A DNA stretch of 63,641 nucleotides, filler included, from Octopus bimaculoides (GCF_001194135.2; 6 parts of 5 records of this genome joined end to end with filler, not necessarily neighbours in it), one strand, 5' to 3'; numbered from the whole stretch's first letter, positions 51,225 through 63,284 are shown. A program made the numbers and translations. The notes: generated by a model from the sequence alone, not told the origin.

Positions 51225-51865
51225 TATTTAATAAAAACTCAGCTTATTTTACTGGGTATGATGGAAATTGTCAGCTGTCTACAACTAGCAGTCTGAGATG
51301 ACAATTGTTTTGTTATCATGCTTCTAAGCAATGGTGATTTTTGTAGATGTTCTTATCTTTACATCTGTACCAATTTTTCTTTGAACCATGCTGGTAGTTG
51401 ATTACTGATACTTCCAAGCGCACCAATTACTACTGACATCATGTACACTCTCTTCATTGTTCACAAACTGCGTATTTTCCACTTTAAATCGTCATAGTTG
51501 TTCAGTTTTTCTTTTTCGTTCTCTTTGATCCTGTTGTCACCGAGACATGCTATGTTGATTATCATGCAAGTTATTTTTTTCTTTTTCGTTTACCACAACA
51601 ATGTCAGGTTTCCGATGTCTGATTTGATGGTCACACTGAATCATTGCACCCCACAAGATTTTGCAGTCTTCATTCTCGGTAACTCCTGCTGGGATTTTGT
51701 CATATCACATCGTTGCTCTTTGTAGGCCGTGATTTCATTCTAGCCACATTGTTATGTCTTTTGTAATCGCGTTTCCAATTTCGGGCATTAGCTAAAGACG
51801 CGCCATATTGTTTCAGCCCTTTCATGACACATTCTGCATTTGTCGCTCTCAGTTGTATTGTTAAT
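51225..51865 (-). pseudogene. R4/Dong-clade LINE C-terminus (CCHC knuckle + restriction-like endonuclease)
   Basis: DKCRMCHERAETIW..CPKL, then ENEDCKILWGAMIQCDHQIRHRKPDIVVVN..CMIINIACLGDNRIKE and VVIGALGSIS. Followed by a (TAA)n tail. Confidence 0.88.
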
Positions 51866-54509
51866 TCATTATTACTATTGTTTTACTTCTCAGAGCACTC
51901 AGTCTTGTTTGTCTGGTAGATTCTGTGAGAGTGGACAGCAACCTGCTGTCAGAGGTCACAGGGTTTCTTTCCGCACATTATAAACTTTGATACTTGGTTG
52001 TTAATTGTTGATGTTTCTTTCGTAGTCATAATCATTATTGATGTATCAGCGAGAGACCGCGAAGTAACAGCAATGTGCATATGTATGCATATATATTTAT
52101 GTATGCATATATATTTATGCAAGACATCTGTCTTGCATAAATAGGGGGTACTACTTAAGAAGAGTGGACACGACGCGCGCACCACACGCACACGCGCTAG
52201 TCAGTAGACTAGTCTGCACCCGCGATAAAAACACCCTCCATATGTAAATATGCGTAAACTATAAATCGGAGAGTGGGTGTAACATTAACTTGTAGTTCTT
52301 TAAAAATTCATAATTAGGTCAGTTTTTTTTTATCCTATTAAGAATATTCTATTAGAAGTAACTAAACCTTCAACTATATATTTGCCAATGTGTGGAGAGT
52401 TAAACCAATAGAGAAGCATATTTATAATGAATGAGAAGATCAAGACGAAGGCGCACATTTTCGTCCACTCGTAAATCCGTGGTCTTTGCAAGCCAACAAA
52501 ATTACCTGGACGTAATTGCTTCATTTGCTAGATATAGAGCCTAAAAAACATTCACTGAAATTTTGCTCTTAAAAAGCAAAAAAGCACTTTGGATAATTCA
52601 GTTCTCGATATAAAAAATCACAGCTGAGAACTTTTGATCTTAAATTTTGTCAGTCGGATCTAATAAACTGAGGTTAAACAACCACAACAACATTTCAAAT
52701 ACTGGAACTCTAGGAGAAATCCACAGAAATAAAGAATAAAACTAGTTCGCTGCAACTAATTAATCGAATTCCAGTTGGTATTGAGATATAAATTTTGCCT
52801 CTCTGGAAAGCAGCAAATTAACTCCCCACATATCGAAACATCCAGCACAATTACAAAACTGACCTTCTTTACAAATTATTAATTTAAAAATATTTTTTTA
52901 ATGTATACGTATAATTTTTGATTTCAGTAGCAAATTACACAGTGGTTTTTGAGTTTTTAAGTAGATTAAAAATATTGTCAGTGATTGAGTGGGTCGATTA
53001 CTTAAACCCTATTTAACTAATCCCGTCTCACCAGCACTAAGAGTTTCTGAATCTGGTTCGTCTAAACAGATTGTAAATCTGATATCATTTATCAAACAAA
53101 TATATATATATATATATATATACATTTATGCCTCTGTGTTATATATATNNNNNNNNNNNNNNNNNNNNNNNNNNNNNNNNNNNNNNNNNNNNNNNNNNNN
53201 NNNNNNNNNNNNNNNNNNNNNNNNNNNNNNNNNNNNNNNTATATATATTCATATTTATATATATTCATATTTATATACCTATACATATAAAGATATTTAC
53301 ATACATAGATATGCATATATGTGTGCATATATATATATATTATATATCATATATATTATACATATAATGTGTGTGCGTGGGAGTGGGTGTGTGCATGGAT
53401 ATGTTCTCACTATATATCTACATGCATATATATAACTCTAACTTAGCATTGATATTGTATATATGTATATATATCCAATCATTCATATGCATATAATATA
53501 TACATATATACGTATATATATATATATATATATATATATATNNNNNNNNNNNNNNNNNNNNNNNNNNNNNNNNNNNNNNNNNNNNNNNNNNNNNNNNNNN
53601 NNNNNNNNNNNNNNNNNNNNNNNNNNNNNNNNNNNNNNNNNNNNNNNNNNNNNNNNNNNNNNNNNNNNNNNNNNNNNNNNNNNNNNNNNNNNNNNNNNNN
53701 NNNNNNNNNNNNNNNNNNNNNNNNNNNNNNNNNNNNNNNNNNNNNNNNNNNNNNNNNNNNNNNNNNNNNNNNNNNNNNNNNNNNNNNNNNNNNNNNNNNN
53801 NNNNNNNNNNNNNNNNNNNNNNNNNNNNNNNNNNNNNNNNNNNNNNNNNNNNNNNNNNNNNNNNNNNNNNNNNNNNNNNNNNNNNNNNNNNNNNNNNNNN
53901 NNNNNNNNNNNNNNNNNNNNNNNNNNNNNNNNNNNNNNNNNNNNNNNNNNNNNNNNNNNNNNNNNNNNNNNNNNNNNNNNNNNNNNNNNNNNNNNNNNNN
54001 NNNNNNNNNNNNNNNNNNNNNNNNNNNNNNNNNNNNNNNNNNNNNNNNNNNNNNNNNNNNNNNNNNNNNNNNNNNNNNNNNNNNNNNNNNNNNNNNNNNN
54101 NNNNNNNNNNNNNNNNNNNNNNNNNNNNNNNNNNNNNNNNNNNNNNNNNNNNNNNNNNNNNNNNNNNNNNNNNNNNNNNNNNNNNNNNNNNNNNNNNNNN
54201 NNNNNNNNNNNNNNNNNNNNNNNNNNNNNNNNNNNNNNNNNNNNNNNNNNNNNNNNNNNNNNNNNNNNNNNNNNNNNNNNNNNNNNNNNNNNNNNNNNNN
54301 NNNNNNNNNNNNNNNNNNNNNNNNNNNNNNNNNNNNNNNNNNNNNNNNNNNNNNNNNNNNNNNNNNNNNNNNNNNNNNNNNNNNNNNNNNNNNNNNNNNN
54401 NNNNNNNNNNNNNNNNNNNNNNNNNNNNNNNNNNNNNNNNNNNNNNNNNNNNNNNNNNNNNNNNNNNNNNNNNNNNNNNNNNNNNNNNNNNNNNNNNNNA
54501 TATATATAT

Positions 54510-54685
54510 ATAGGGAGAATTCACAAAAGAAAAAAACAACAGACGAAAACAGGTGGTGTAGAAAGCATATAGATGTATTAGTATAATGCTCGGGAATTGA
54601 AAAAGTCTTTAACCTTTCGAGCCTACGCTCTTCCACAGAAAGGAAGACAGAAAGAAACAAGGAGAGAAAAAAATGTGTGTATATA
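54510..54685. mobile_element. Possible Penelope-like terminal fragment within (TA)n
   Basis: ctttcgagcctacgctcttc resembles the gtttcg..ctcttc motif of PLE termini. Flanked by TA repeats. Confidence 0.35.
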
Positions 54686-54687
54686 TA

Positions 54688-55185
54688 TCCCCTGTTTGAA
54701 AACTTAAGGACACAGAACGCTTGTGTCGCGTAGCCAACTAGAAACAGTGTTTCTGAGGCCGAAATAGCAGTAGCATTCTTCCCTTTTCTGGGACTTTCAC
54801 ATTAAGTTGGCAACAAGTCATCGCTTTATAATGCTGTTACTGCATAACGTTCTCTGAGAGATTTAGAAATCAATATTTCTAATTTTGTAGCTCAGTGAAT
54901 TCATTTCACTTGAAATTCTATAAGTTTTCAACAGCAGTTTAGCATCGACAGCTAGCAAGGCCAAGCAACACCAGAGTGATGAAGAGCAATTATTCTGAAA
55001 CTAGTCTCTGGAAGCTGGCTTTGTTGGGTGAAGGTGATTATCTCCCTTGTTTTAAAACATAAGAACACACAACGCTTGTGTCGTGTAGCCAACTAGAAAC
55101 GGTGTCTCTTGGAGCTAAATAGTAGTAGCATTCTTCCCTTTCATGGGACTGCCACATTAAGTTAGCAATAAGCCATCACATTATA
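54688..55185 (+). repeat. Diverged ~140-bp direct duplication (54688-54830 / 55043-55185)
   Basis: aacgcttgtgtcg.gtagccaactagaaac..gtagcattcttccctt..gggact..cacattaagtt occurs in both. Confidence 0.9.
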
Positions 55186-55629
55186 TATATATATATATAT
55201 ATATATATNNNNNNNNNNNNNNNNNNNNNNNNNNNNNNNNNNNNNNNNNNNNNNNNNNNNNNNNNNNNNNNNNNNNNNNNNNNNNNNNNNNNNNNNNNNN
55301 NNNNGTGTACATTTAAACACAATAGAGGCGACCCTTAGCTGGCAGCTTTACATGCTAGAAGTAGCAGTCAAAATGACCAAAACCACATTTAAGAGCAATT
55401 TCGAAGGGAGTGAATAATAAAATCTTTTACGTTTCTTTTTTATACAGCCATACATAGGTTTCGAACTCTAATTAGCAAATAAAATAATTTGCTTGGCGAG
55501 GTTCTCATCAGTGGGTACGCCAAAACATTAACATATAATTTCGAGACAAAATAACACATGTCTCATCAATATATTATAATTTTTCAAATTCACCGCGCAA
55601 GCGCAGTTTTAATCGGTAACGAATATGTA

Positions 55630-55646
55630 TATCTATATATATCTAA

Positions 55647-55697
<51 letters not shown>

Positions 55698-55728
55698 CCT
55701 ATCTTTTTCTCTTTCTCTNNNNNNNNNN

Positions 55729-55790
<62 letters not shown>
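55630..55790. repeat. (TCTA)n/(CT)n/(TA)n compound microsatellite
   Basis: Direct inspection of the sequence. Confidence 0.95.
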
Positions 55791-56294
55791 CTACTCCTTT
55801 GTTATATTGATTTAGGAGGAACCATTTTAAAATTAAACAAACCGCAGAAAGCATATGGAGAGAGTGAGAGATAGATAGAGGTAAAGAGAGAGAGCGATAT
55901 AAAGAGATAAAGAAAGAGAAAGAGAAAGAAAGGGACACAGAGACAAAGAAAGAGTGAGAGAGAGAGAGCGTGTGTGAGTGAGAGAGAGAGGAAGGGGAAT
56001 TGAACATGTGGCTTAAGTATTTTCTACGTAGTGAATTTGAAACTGAGATGGACGGAATATGATTAATATGTGTGCAATGACCCTCTCCACAGTTTTATTA
56101 CTTAAAATTGCAGCATTTTCTTAATTGGAACTTGAAACTTCGTGAAGCGTTGCTGAGTGCTATTGAACAAAATGCAATCTCTTAGAAGCTCAACCTCGTG
56201 ACCCTTTTCAATTGTCTGGTTGAAAATATTTTACTTTAATAAATCCAAGCTAAGTAAATTCTCATTTACATTTCTCCGCCCCAAATGATGAGTA

Positions 56295-56850
56295 TGGCGG
56301 TGAGCTGGCAGAATCGCTAGCACGTCGGACAAAATCGTTAGCAGCATTTTGTCCGGTTTTAAATACTGAGTTCAGATTTTTCCGAGGTTGACTTTTCCTT
56401 TCATCCTATATGGGGAGCGGGGTGATAAAATAAGTACCGATTGGGCACAGGAGCCGATGTAATCGACTTACCTTCTCCCGAAATTGCTGGCCGTGTGCCA
56501 AAATTTGAGCCCCTTATTATGAAGATTGTTTAATTTCTCTCATTGCTATTACTTTCTCTCATCTCTCAGTCAGGGCTATTACTCTCACTACTTCTCTTTT
56601 ACTGAATTACTATTTTCTCTTAATCTTCATAATAAGGGGCTCAAATTTTGGCCGAATCATTAGCAAGGCAGATAAAATGCTGAGCGGCATTTCGTCCACA
56701 TTTATGTTATGAGTTCAAATTCTGTCGAGATCGACTTTGCATTTCATCTTTTTGGGATCAATAAGTGCCAGTAGAACACTGGGTCGATGCGATGGACTTA
56801 CCACCCCCAACAAAAAGAGAAAAAACAGTTCAAGCCTTCTACCCCTAATG
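56295..56850 (+). mobile_element. Two SINE family A copies (56295-56520, 56650-56850)
   Basis: Head, core and tail blocks are recognisable in each. Confidence 0.88.
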
Positions 56851-57204
56851 GAAGAGATTATTATTATGAGTAGCTGACCCTGTGCCGTTAGAAATGACGG
56901 CTAATTGTTGTATTTTATATATAAATAAGGTACAGAATAAGGTACATAATAATCACAGATACAAACATTCACATACTTCCCTTGCACACGTACACACATA
57001 CACACATATACTCAAAAAGAGTTGAAACGCTGATTTTTTTTTCACCCCTTCCTTTCTCAATCATATCTTGTGCCGGAGAAAAATAGAAGATACATGACGC
57101 GCTCTTTGCCACTTCCTTTCTCTCATTGCTATTACTTTCTCTCATCTCTCAGTCAGGGCTATTACTCTCACTACTTCTCTTTTACTGAATTACTATTTTC
57201 TCTT
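56534..57204 (+). repeat. Perfect 88-bp direct repeat (56534-56621 / 57117-57204)
   Basis: Base-by-base identical copies, 583 bp apart. Confidence 0.95.
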
Positions 57205-57606
57205 CTCTTCCTTCACTTATGCTACTCTTCCACCTACTCCATCCTACTCCTGGTCTGTGATTTTGGACAAATATATATATATATATATANNNNNNNNNNN
57301 NNNNNNNNNNNNNNNNNNNNNNNNNNNNNNNNNTTAATTAATTAANNNNNNNNNNNNNNNNNNNNNNNNNNNNNNNNNNNNNNNNNNNNTCCAAAGTTCT
57401 AAAACATAAATTTACAGTTTGCTTTCTTTTTTTTCCCCTCTCCCACTCATTTCTTCCAGAATTATTTATATATGCATATTTATTTTTCTGATCATAAATT
57501 GTAAATATTTTAACTACCCAGTTATATTATGTTTTCTTCTTTTTATTTTTTATATTTTTTATTCATATTGATTTGAATTAATTGTTCATTAATTAGTAGT
57601 TTTAAG

Positions 57607-58283
57607 ATGGCCAGCTGGCAGAAATGGTAACACGCCGGGCGAAATGCTTAGCGGTATTTCGTCTGCTATTATGTTCTGAGTTCAAATTCCGCTGAGGTCT
57701 ACTTTGCCTTTCATGCTTTCAGGGTCAATAAATTAAGTACCAGTTACGCACTTAATTTATCGATCCTGAAAGGATGAAAGGCAAAGTCGACCTCAGCAGA
57801 ATTTGAACTCTGGATGTAAAGACAGACAAAATCCACCTAAGATTTTTGCCTGGCATGCTAACATTTCTGCCAGCTCGCTGCCTCATATTGTTCCCAAGGC
57901 TAGCAGTTTTGGGTGAGAGTCTAAGTCAGATGCATTGACCCCAGTGCTCGACTGGTACTTATTTTATCGACCTTGAAAAAGATGAAAAGTAAAGTTGACC
58001 TCGGCAGAATTTGATCTCAGAAATACTGTCAAGTATTTTGCGCAGTGCGATCATGATCCTGCCAGATAGCTGCCTCATATTTATTAATCTAATAAGGATT
58101 TCACATTTTGGCACACAAGACCAGCTATATCAGGAGATGGGTAAGTCGATTACATTGACCCCACCAATATTTGTGATAGGCAAAATCAACCTCTGGAATT
58201 TGAACTCAGAATGTGAGGATGGAAGTGATACTGCTAAGAATTTTACCTGATGCAGCAACAATTCTGCCAGCTCGCTGCCTCAT
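57607..58283. mobile_element. SINE family A cluster: + copy 57607-57738, - copies 57750-57885, 57890-58078, 58085-58283
   Basis: Consensus head and core blocks occur in each. Confidence 0.9.
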
Positions 58284-58289
58284 TATTAA

Positions 58290-58640
58290 TCTTATATTGA
58301 TTAATAAATTGTCTAGTACTAACCATTTAATTACTACCGATTTAATAATGGTAATTAGGTATTGATCTAGTATTTATCATTTAATTATTACTTATCTAGC
58401 ATTGACCATTAAATTCCTCCCAATTTAATATTGATCATTATAATATTGATTATTAAATCTAATTCGGACTTAGATTTATTTGATCTGAAATCAAACATTA
58501 AATTACTGGTCTATTTACTCATCATTTAATTACTGAGCTAATACTGATAATTACAATACTATTGATCTAATGACGATCATTAAATTACTGATCAAATACT
58601 AATTATTGTAGTATTGATAAAATTATATTAACGATTTAAT
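58290..58640. repeat. AT-rich degenerate repeat built of attgatc / atcatttaattact motifs
   Basis: The motifs recur about ten times with drift. Confidence 0.55.
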
Positions 58641-58744
58641 TGACCCTTAAATGATGAAGAAATGAGTCTGACTAAGCAAGATTCGAACTCAGAGCATAAA
58701 AGAAGACTACAAATATGACACTGAGCACCACATTAGATAGCTTT

Positions 58745-59115
58745 CAATGTTTTAACTGGACATTGGACTGTGGCCATGCTGGAGTGTTGTCTTGAAGGGT
58801 TTAGTTGAACAAATTGAACTTGATACTTATTTTTTTATTGTCTTTTGTCAAACTACTAAGTTATGGGGACATAAACAAACCATTGCAGGTTGTCAGGCGG
58901 TGAAGGAAACAAGCAAACGCACACAAATGCATGTATACACACATATATATGTATATGATTGGCTTCACACATTTCAGCTACCAAATTCATTCTCAAGGCT
59001 TTGGTCAACCTGGGGCTATAGTAGAAGATGCTTGACCAAGGTGCCATGCAGTGGGACTGAACCCAAAACTACATGGTTGCAAAGCGAGCCTCATAACCAC
59101 ACTGCTACACCTGTG
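58745..59115 (-). mobile_element. SINE family B, complete
   Basis: Reverse complement of head (gtgggactgaaccc), internal CA/TA tract and tail (gactgtggccatgctggag). Confidence 0.88.
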
Positions 59116-59924
59116 TATGACAATATTAAGCCAACAGATTCAGGAATATCTTGTTAACTCTCACATTTTACAATGGAATAGAATTGTTTGAGAATAAAGG
59201 GAAATTTTCCTCAGTGATTTAAGGATTATGTTCAGATGAAATTAGACCAAAATCATTTGTCATCTGTAAATTCCTCTTAAGTTTGTTACATTTTAAAATT
59301 TTGCTGTGGTTGNNNNNNNNNNNNNNNNNNNNNNNNNNNNNNNNNNNNNNNNNNNNNNNNNNNNNNNNNNNNNNNNNNNNNNNNNNNNNNNNNNNNNNNN
59401 NNNNNNNNNNNNNNNNNNNNNNNNNNNNNNNNNNNNNNNNNNNNNNNNNNNNNNNNNNNNNNNNNNNNNNNNNNNNNNNNNNNNNNNNNNNNNNNNNNNN
59501 NNNNNNNNNNNNNNNNNNNNNNNNNNNNNNNNNNNNNNNNNNNNNNNNNNNNNNNNNNNNNNNNNNNNNNNNNNNNNNNNNNNNNNNNNNNNNNNNNNNN
59601 NNNNNNNNNNNNNNNNNNNNNNNNNGTTAAGTTTGTTACATTTTAAAATTTTGCTGAGGTTGACAAAAGATTACAGGCGAAACCTTTTTGCTGGTGTAGA
59701 TTAACTCGGTCTTCACAACCCCACTCAGACTAAGAGATAAATGTGTTGTAACTCTGATGGTACAAAATGGTTTTTGACATTGCAGTGGGTCCAGAAGAAC
59801 TTGTAATATTCCTAAGTAAAAAAGCGTAAAGACCCTCTTCGGTCACAAATGACCGCACTTGAGTTGCTTGAACTACGTAAAATGTTGGAGGAAGAAAGCT
59901 GTTTTTTTACTATAAATACATCTT

Positions 59925-60490
59925 TTTCTTTTTTACTTGTTACAGCCATTTGACTGTGGCCATGCTGGAGCACCTTAAAGGGTTTTAGTCAAAGAAATTG
60001 ACCCCAGGACTTATTCTTTGTAAACCTACTTATTCTATCGGTCTCTTTTGAGGAACCACTAATTTATGGGGACATAAACACACCAGCATCGGTTGTCAAG
60101 CAATAGAGTTTGGGGGTGGACACAAACACTGACACACACACACACACATATATAGATATATATATATATATATAGGATAGGCTTCTTTCAGTTTCCATCT
60201 CACAAGGCTTTGATCAGCCTGAGGCTATGGTAGAAGACACTTTGCCCAAGGGGCCACGCAGTGGGACTGAACTTGGAACCATGAAGTGGAGAAGCAAGTT
60301 TTTTACCACCACTAACGTAGCTGGGGAGGGGTATAAGGCCGGGCAGCACTTTTCAAAGGGACACCCCTTTTGTGTCTGCTGTAGGCAAGGAATGCTTTTT
60401 GTGGGGTCCAGGGGCAGCAAACGGAAGGACCACCCCAGGCAGCACACACTCTAGCTACGCTAGTGCTTACCACACTGCCACGCCAGCGCC
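59925..60490 (-). mobile_element. SINE family B, complete, interrupted by a MITE
   Basis: Tail 59925-60110, internal (CA)(TA) tract, head 60180-60490 split at 60310-60465. Confidence 0.9.
60310..60465. mobile_element. 156-bp MITE with CACTA(A/G)CGTAGCT TIRs and an 8-bp TSD
   Basis: cactaacgtagctgggg ... ctctagctacgctagtg, flanked by tttaccac (60302-60309) and cttaccac (60466-60473). The host SINE reads through when the insert is removed. Confidence 0.85.
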
Positions 60491-61689
60491 TATAAAAGTC
60501 GATTTTCAATGGACCCTTTACACACTACTCTGAATCCCCAGTTTGCTTTTCTGCTTGCGTGGCCCCCACAAATATCTCATATGGACCCTGATTGAGAACC
60601 ACTGCTATAGTCAAATAATCATTTGTACAGGTTTATCAGCAAGACAGAAGAGTCCATCTCACCTAAGCGTTCTAACAGTCTAACATGAACTTATTAATAG
60701 CCAGAAATTCGGGCTGAAGTCGTATATGAATAGAAATAACATAGTTGTATATGTCTGTACTTTTGTTAAATTAATAAGTATAGCATGGTAATATAACCTG
60801 TAACACCATGCACCATTACATTACAGGAAGTGCCTACTTACGTACCTGATACAGGCATCCCCCGCATTACGGAAACATACGTCTGTTAACCTTTCAGTAA
60901 TGTAGGTAGCTCACACAAAATGCATTTCTGATTGTCTTCTATAACGTGGAAGCTAGAAGTAAGATACTTTTCATGTTATGGAATTCAACATTACGGCAAA
61001 ATTCTTCAAGAATGCATGACTTCCTTAATGTAGAGGAAACTGTACTTTACAGAGCAAGTTAAACTAGACGTTTTGTTGGTTAGGTGGTTGTGGTGACCTT
61101 AACGGTGCATGAGAAATGAAAAATAACTGGAAAGAAATTGGAAACTCGTCGCCAAGGGAGCTAACTTCTAATTAACTGTTATAACAACGCATTTTTCAAA
61201 CATTTTTCTTTAAATGGTTTCAGAAAATGAAAAGAATTTCCGAAATCTATTCGTTCGACTAAAATTTGGTGCTCCACCATGGCCGCAGTCTGATGACTAA
61301 AAAAAAAAAAAAGATATAAGTTGTATGTATGAATGTACGTGTGTATGTATGTACGTATGCATGCATGTAGAGAGAAAGAGAGAGTTCATTCTCTTGCTGG
61401 CTTTGGTTAGCACTTGCCAATGTACCGCACAGCGATACTGAACTGAAGACCACAATGTTCGGAAATCTTCTTAACCACACAGTAGTATTCAGTATTTGGT
61501 TGGTGCTATATTTTGTCGAACTCGGAAGGATCTAAGTCAAAGCAACCCACAATAATGCGATGATGTTTTCCTGTAACAGTAAGGTTTATAATGACGCTAT
61601 TGACGACTTCACCTCGTCTTCATGAACAAACCTGTCTCATTCAATCAAATTATAAACTAGCACCATAAATTTCAAGCAGATCTTTTCTG

Positions 61690-62032
61690 CTTGGCTGCCA
61701 CTTTTAAATTTCTTCGATTTTTGTTCCAATGATTTAATATTTGGTGTATTGGTGTAGTTTTGAATGGAGACCGTTGACATGAAATTCATTTTCGCCATAG
61801 ATCAATAAATAAAAAGTTAATAGCTTTTAAAGTTTTCAAATTTGGAGTAATTTTAGCCAATTGAAAGCCACAGACATATAGATGCCTGTTTCCATAGTAA
61901 CAAGTCAAGCTGTTACCAAGCTACTTACCCACGCGGTAATTTTTCGCTTCGTAAATGCTTAAAAGACATGCAATATGAGGTAGTTATAAGATGTACTAAA
62001 AACAATAGCTAAATAGGCCTTAAATCACGCAC

Positions 62033-62067
<35 letters not shown>

Positions 62068-62410
62068 ATGATCGTATGAATTCCTGTGTGTAGAATACAA
62101 ATTGGTAAAAAGCTTCTGAAAACTCCCCAAAATAAAAAGTTATGAGGGTTTATATGGCTTGCATAAAGCAGAATTCCACTAATATTTCATTTGTTTATAG
62201 TTGACAACACGTGTAGTCGCATACAAAATGGCAGCTTCCAAAACCTGTTTTCTGACTGGGTAAAAATTATCAGACTTTGAACCACTGTAACTTTTTCTAA
62301 AAAACACTTTCTGGAAAAAGTGAATTAGCACCTGAGATTCAGCATACAAAATTACATCAATACACCAAATTTCAAAATTTTCCATAAACTTTGAAATTTC
62401 CACAGGTGTA
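61690..62410. mobile_element. Probable non-autonomous DNA transposon with long imperfect subterminal inverted repeats
   Basis: atttggtgtattggtgtagttttg (61739-61762) versus the reverse complement of 62347-62370 is 22/24 identical. Weaker inverted similarity continues inward. Confidence 0.55.
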
Positions 62411-62654
62411 GTGAAACAGAATAGATCTCAAGCAGCAGCTTTCGTTTAACCCAAGGTCAGCAGATCTGTAATCTAAACTTGATCATTCGTCTTCTTAGAT
62501 GTTTGAAGGACTAAATATAGTTTCTTTATTCAAGACGACATACTGAGAAATATGAGGGAGATTTGGTTGCTATTTCTATTAACTCGCTCAAGCAGCCAGG
62601 CAGAGGCTCCTTCGGGGCGCTGTAAATAAATTTCACATATTAAGAAAGAAATAA

Positions 62655-62915
62655 TGCAGTAAGCTGGCGGAATCGTTAGTTCGTCGGAGAAAGTGCTTAG
62701 AGGCTTTACTTCTAGTTCCTTACGTTCCGAGTTCAATTCCAGCTGAGATTAACTTTGGCTTTCAGACATGGCTGTGTTGTAAGAAGTTTGGTCCCCAACC
62801 ACATGGTTTCGGGTTCAATCCTACTGCATGGCTATTGTCTTCTACTACAGTGCTGCGTCACCCAAAGGCCCCGCGAGTGGATTTTGTAGAGGGTAAACTG
62901 AAAGAAGCCCATCGT
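62655..62915 (+). mobile_element. SINE family A head (62655-62762) abutting a family B head (62765-62915)
   Basis: agctggcggaatcgttag.. is followed directly by ccaaccacatggtttcgggttcaatcc..aaagaagcccatcg. Confidence 0.8.
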
Positions 62916-62924
62916 ATCTTTTAT

Positions 62925-63275
62925 TTTTTCAGTCATTAAACTGCGGCCATGCTGGGGCACCACCTTGAGGACTTTTTCATCGAACTTATCGACCCCAGTA
63001 CTGATTCTCTTTAAAAGATTGGTACTTATACTATCGGTCTCGAGATATAAACACACCAACACCGGTTGTCAAGCGGTAGTGAGAGACAAGCACTGAGAGA
63101 GACACGCGCACATACACACATATACACGACAGGCTTCTTTCAGTTTCCGTCTACCAAATCCACTCCCAAAGCTTTGGTCAGCCCGAGATAATGGTAGAAG
63201 ACTCTTGACCAAGAAACCATGTGGTTGAACCTGGAACCATGTGGTTGGAAAGCAAGGTTTTTACCAACCAACCAC
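62925..63275 (-). mobile_element. SINE family B, complete
   Basis: Reverse complement of tail, internal CA/TA tract and head. Confidence 0.88.
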
Positions 63276-63284
63276 ATGTGTATG

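Noticed and set aside
59277-59662. ~36-bp direct repeat flanking the 313-N gap
   Set aside because: Near-identical sequence at both contig ends suggests overlapping or allelic contigs, or an unresolved tandem unit. Cannot be interpreted biologically.
60830-60880. Strong minus-strand donor CAG|GTACGTAAGT with a 37-nt upstream segment
   Set aside because: The acceptor lacks a pyrimidine tract, and longer versions contain stops in all frames.
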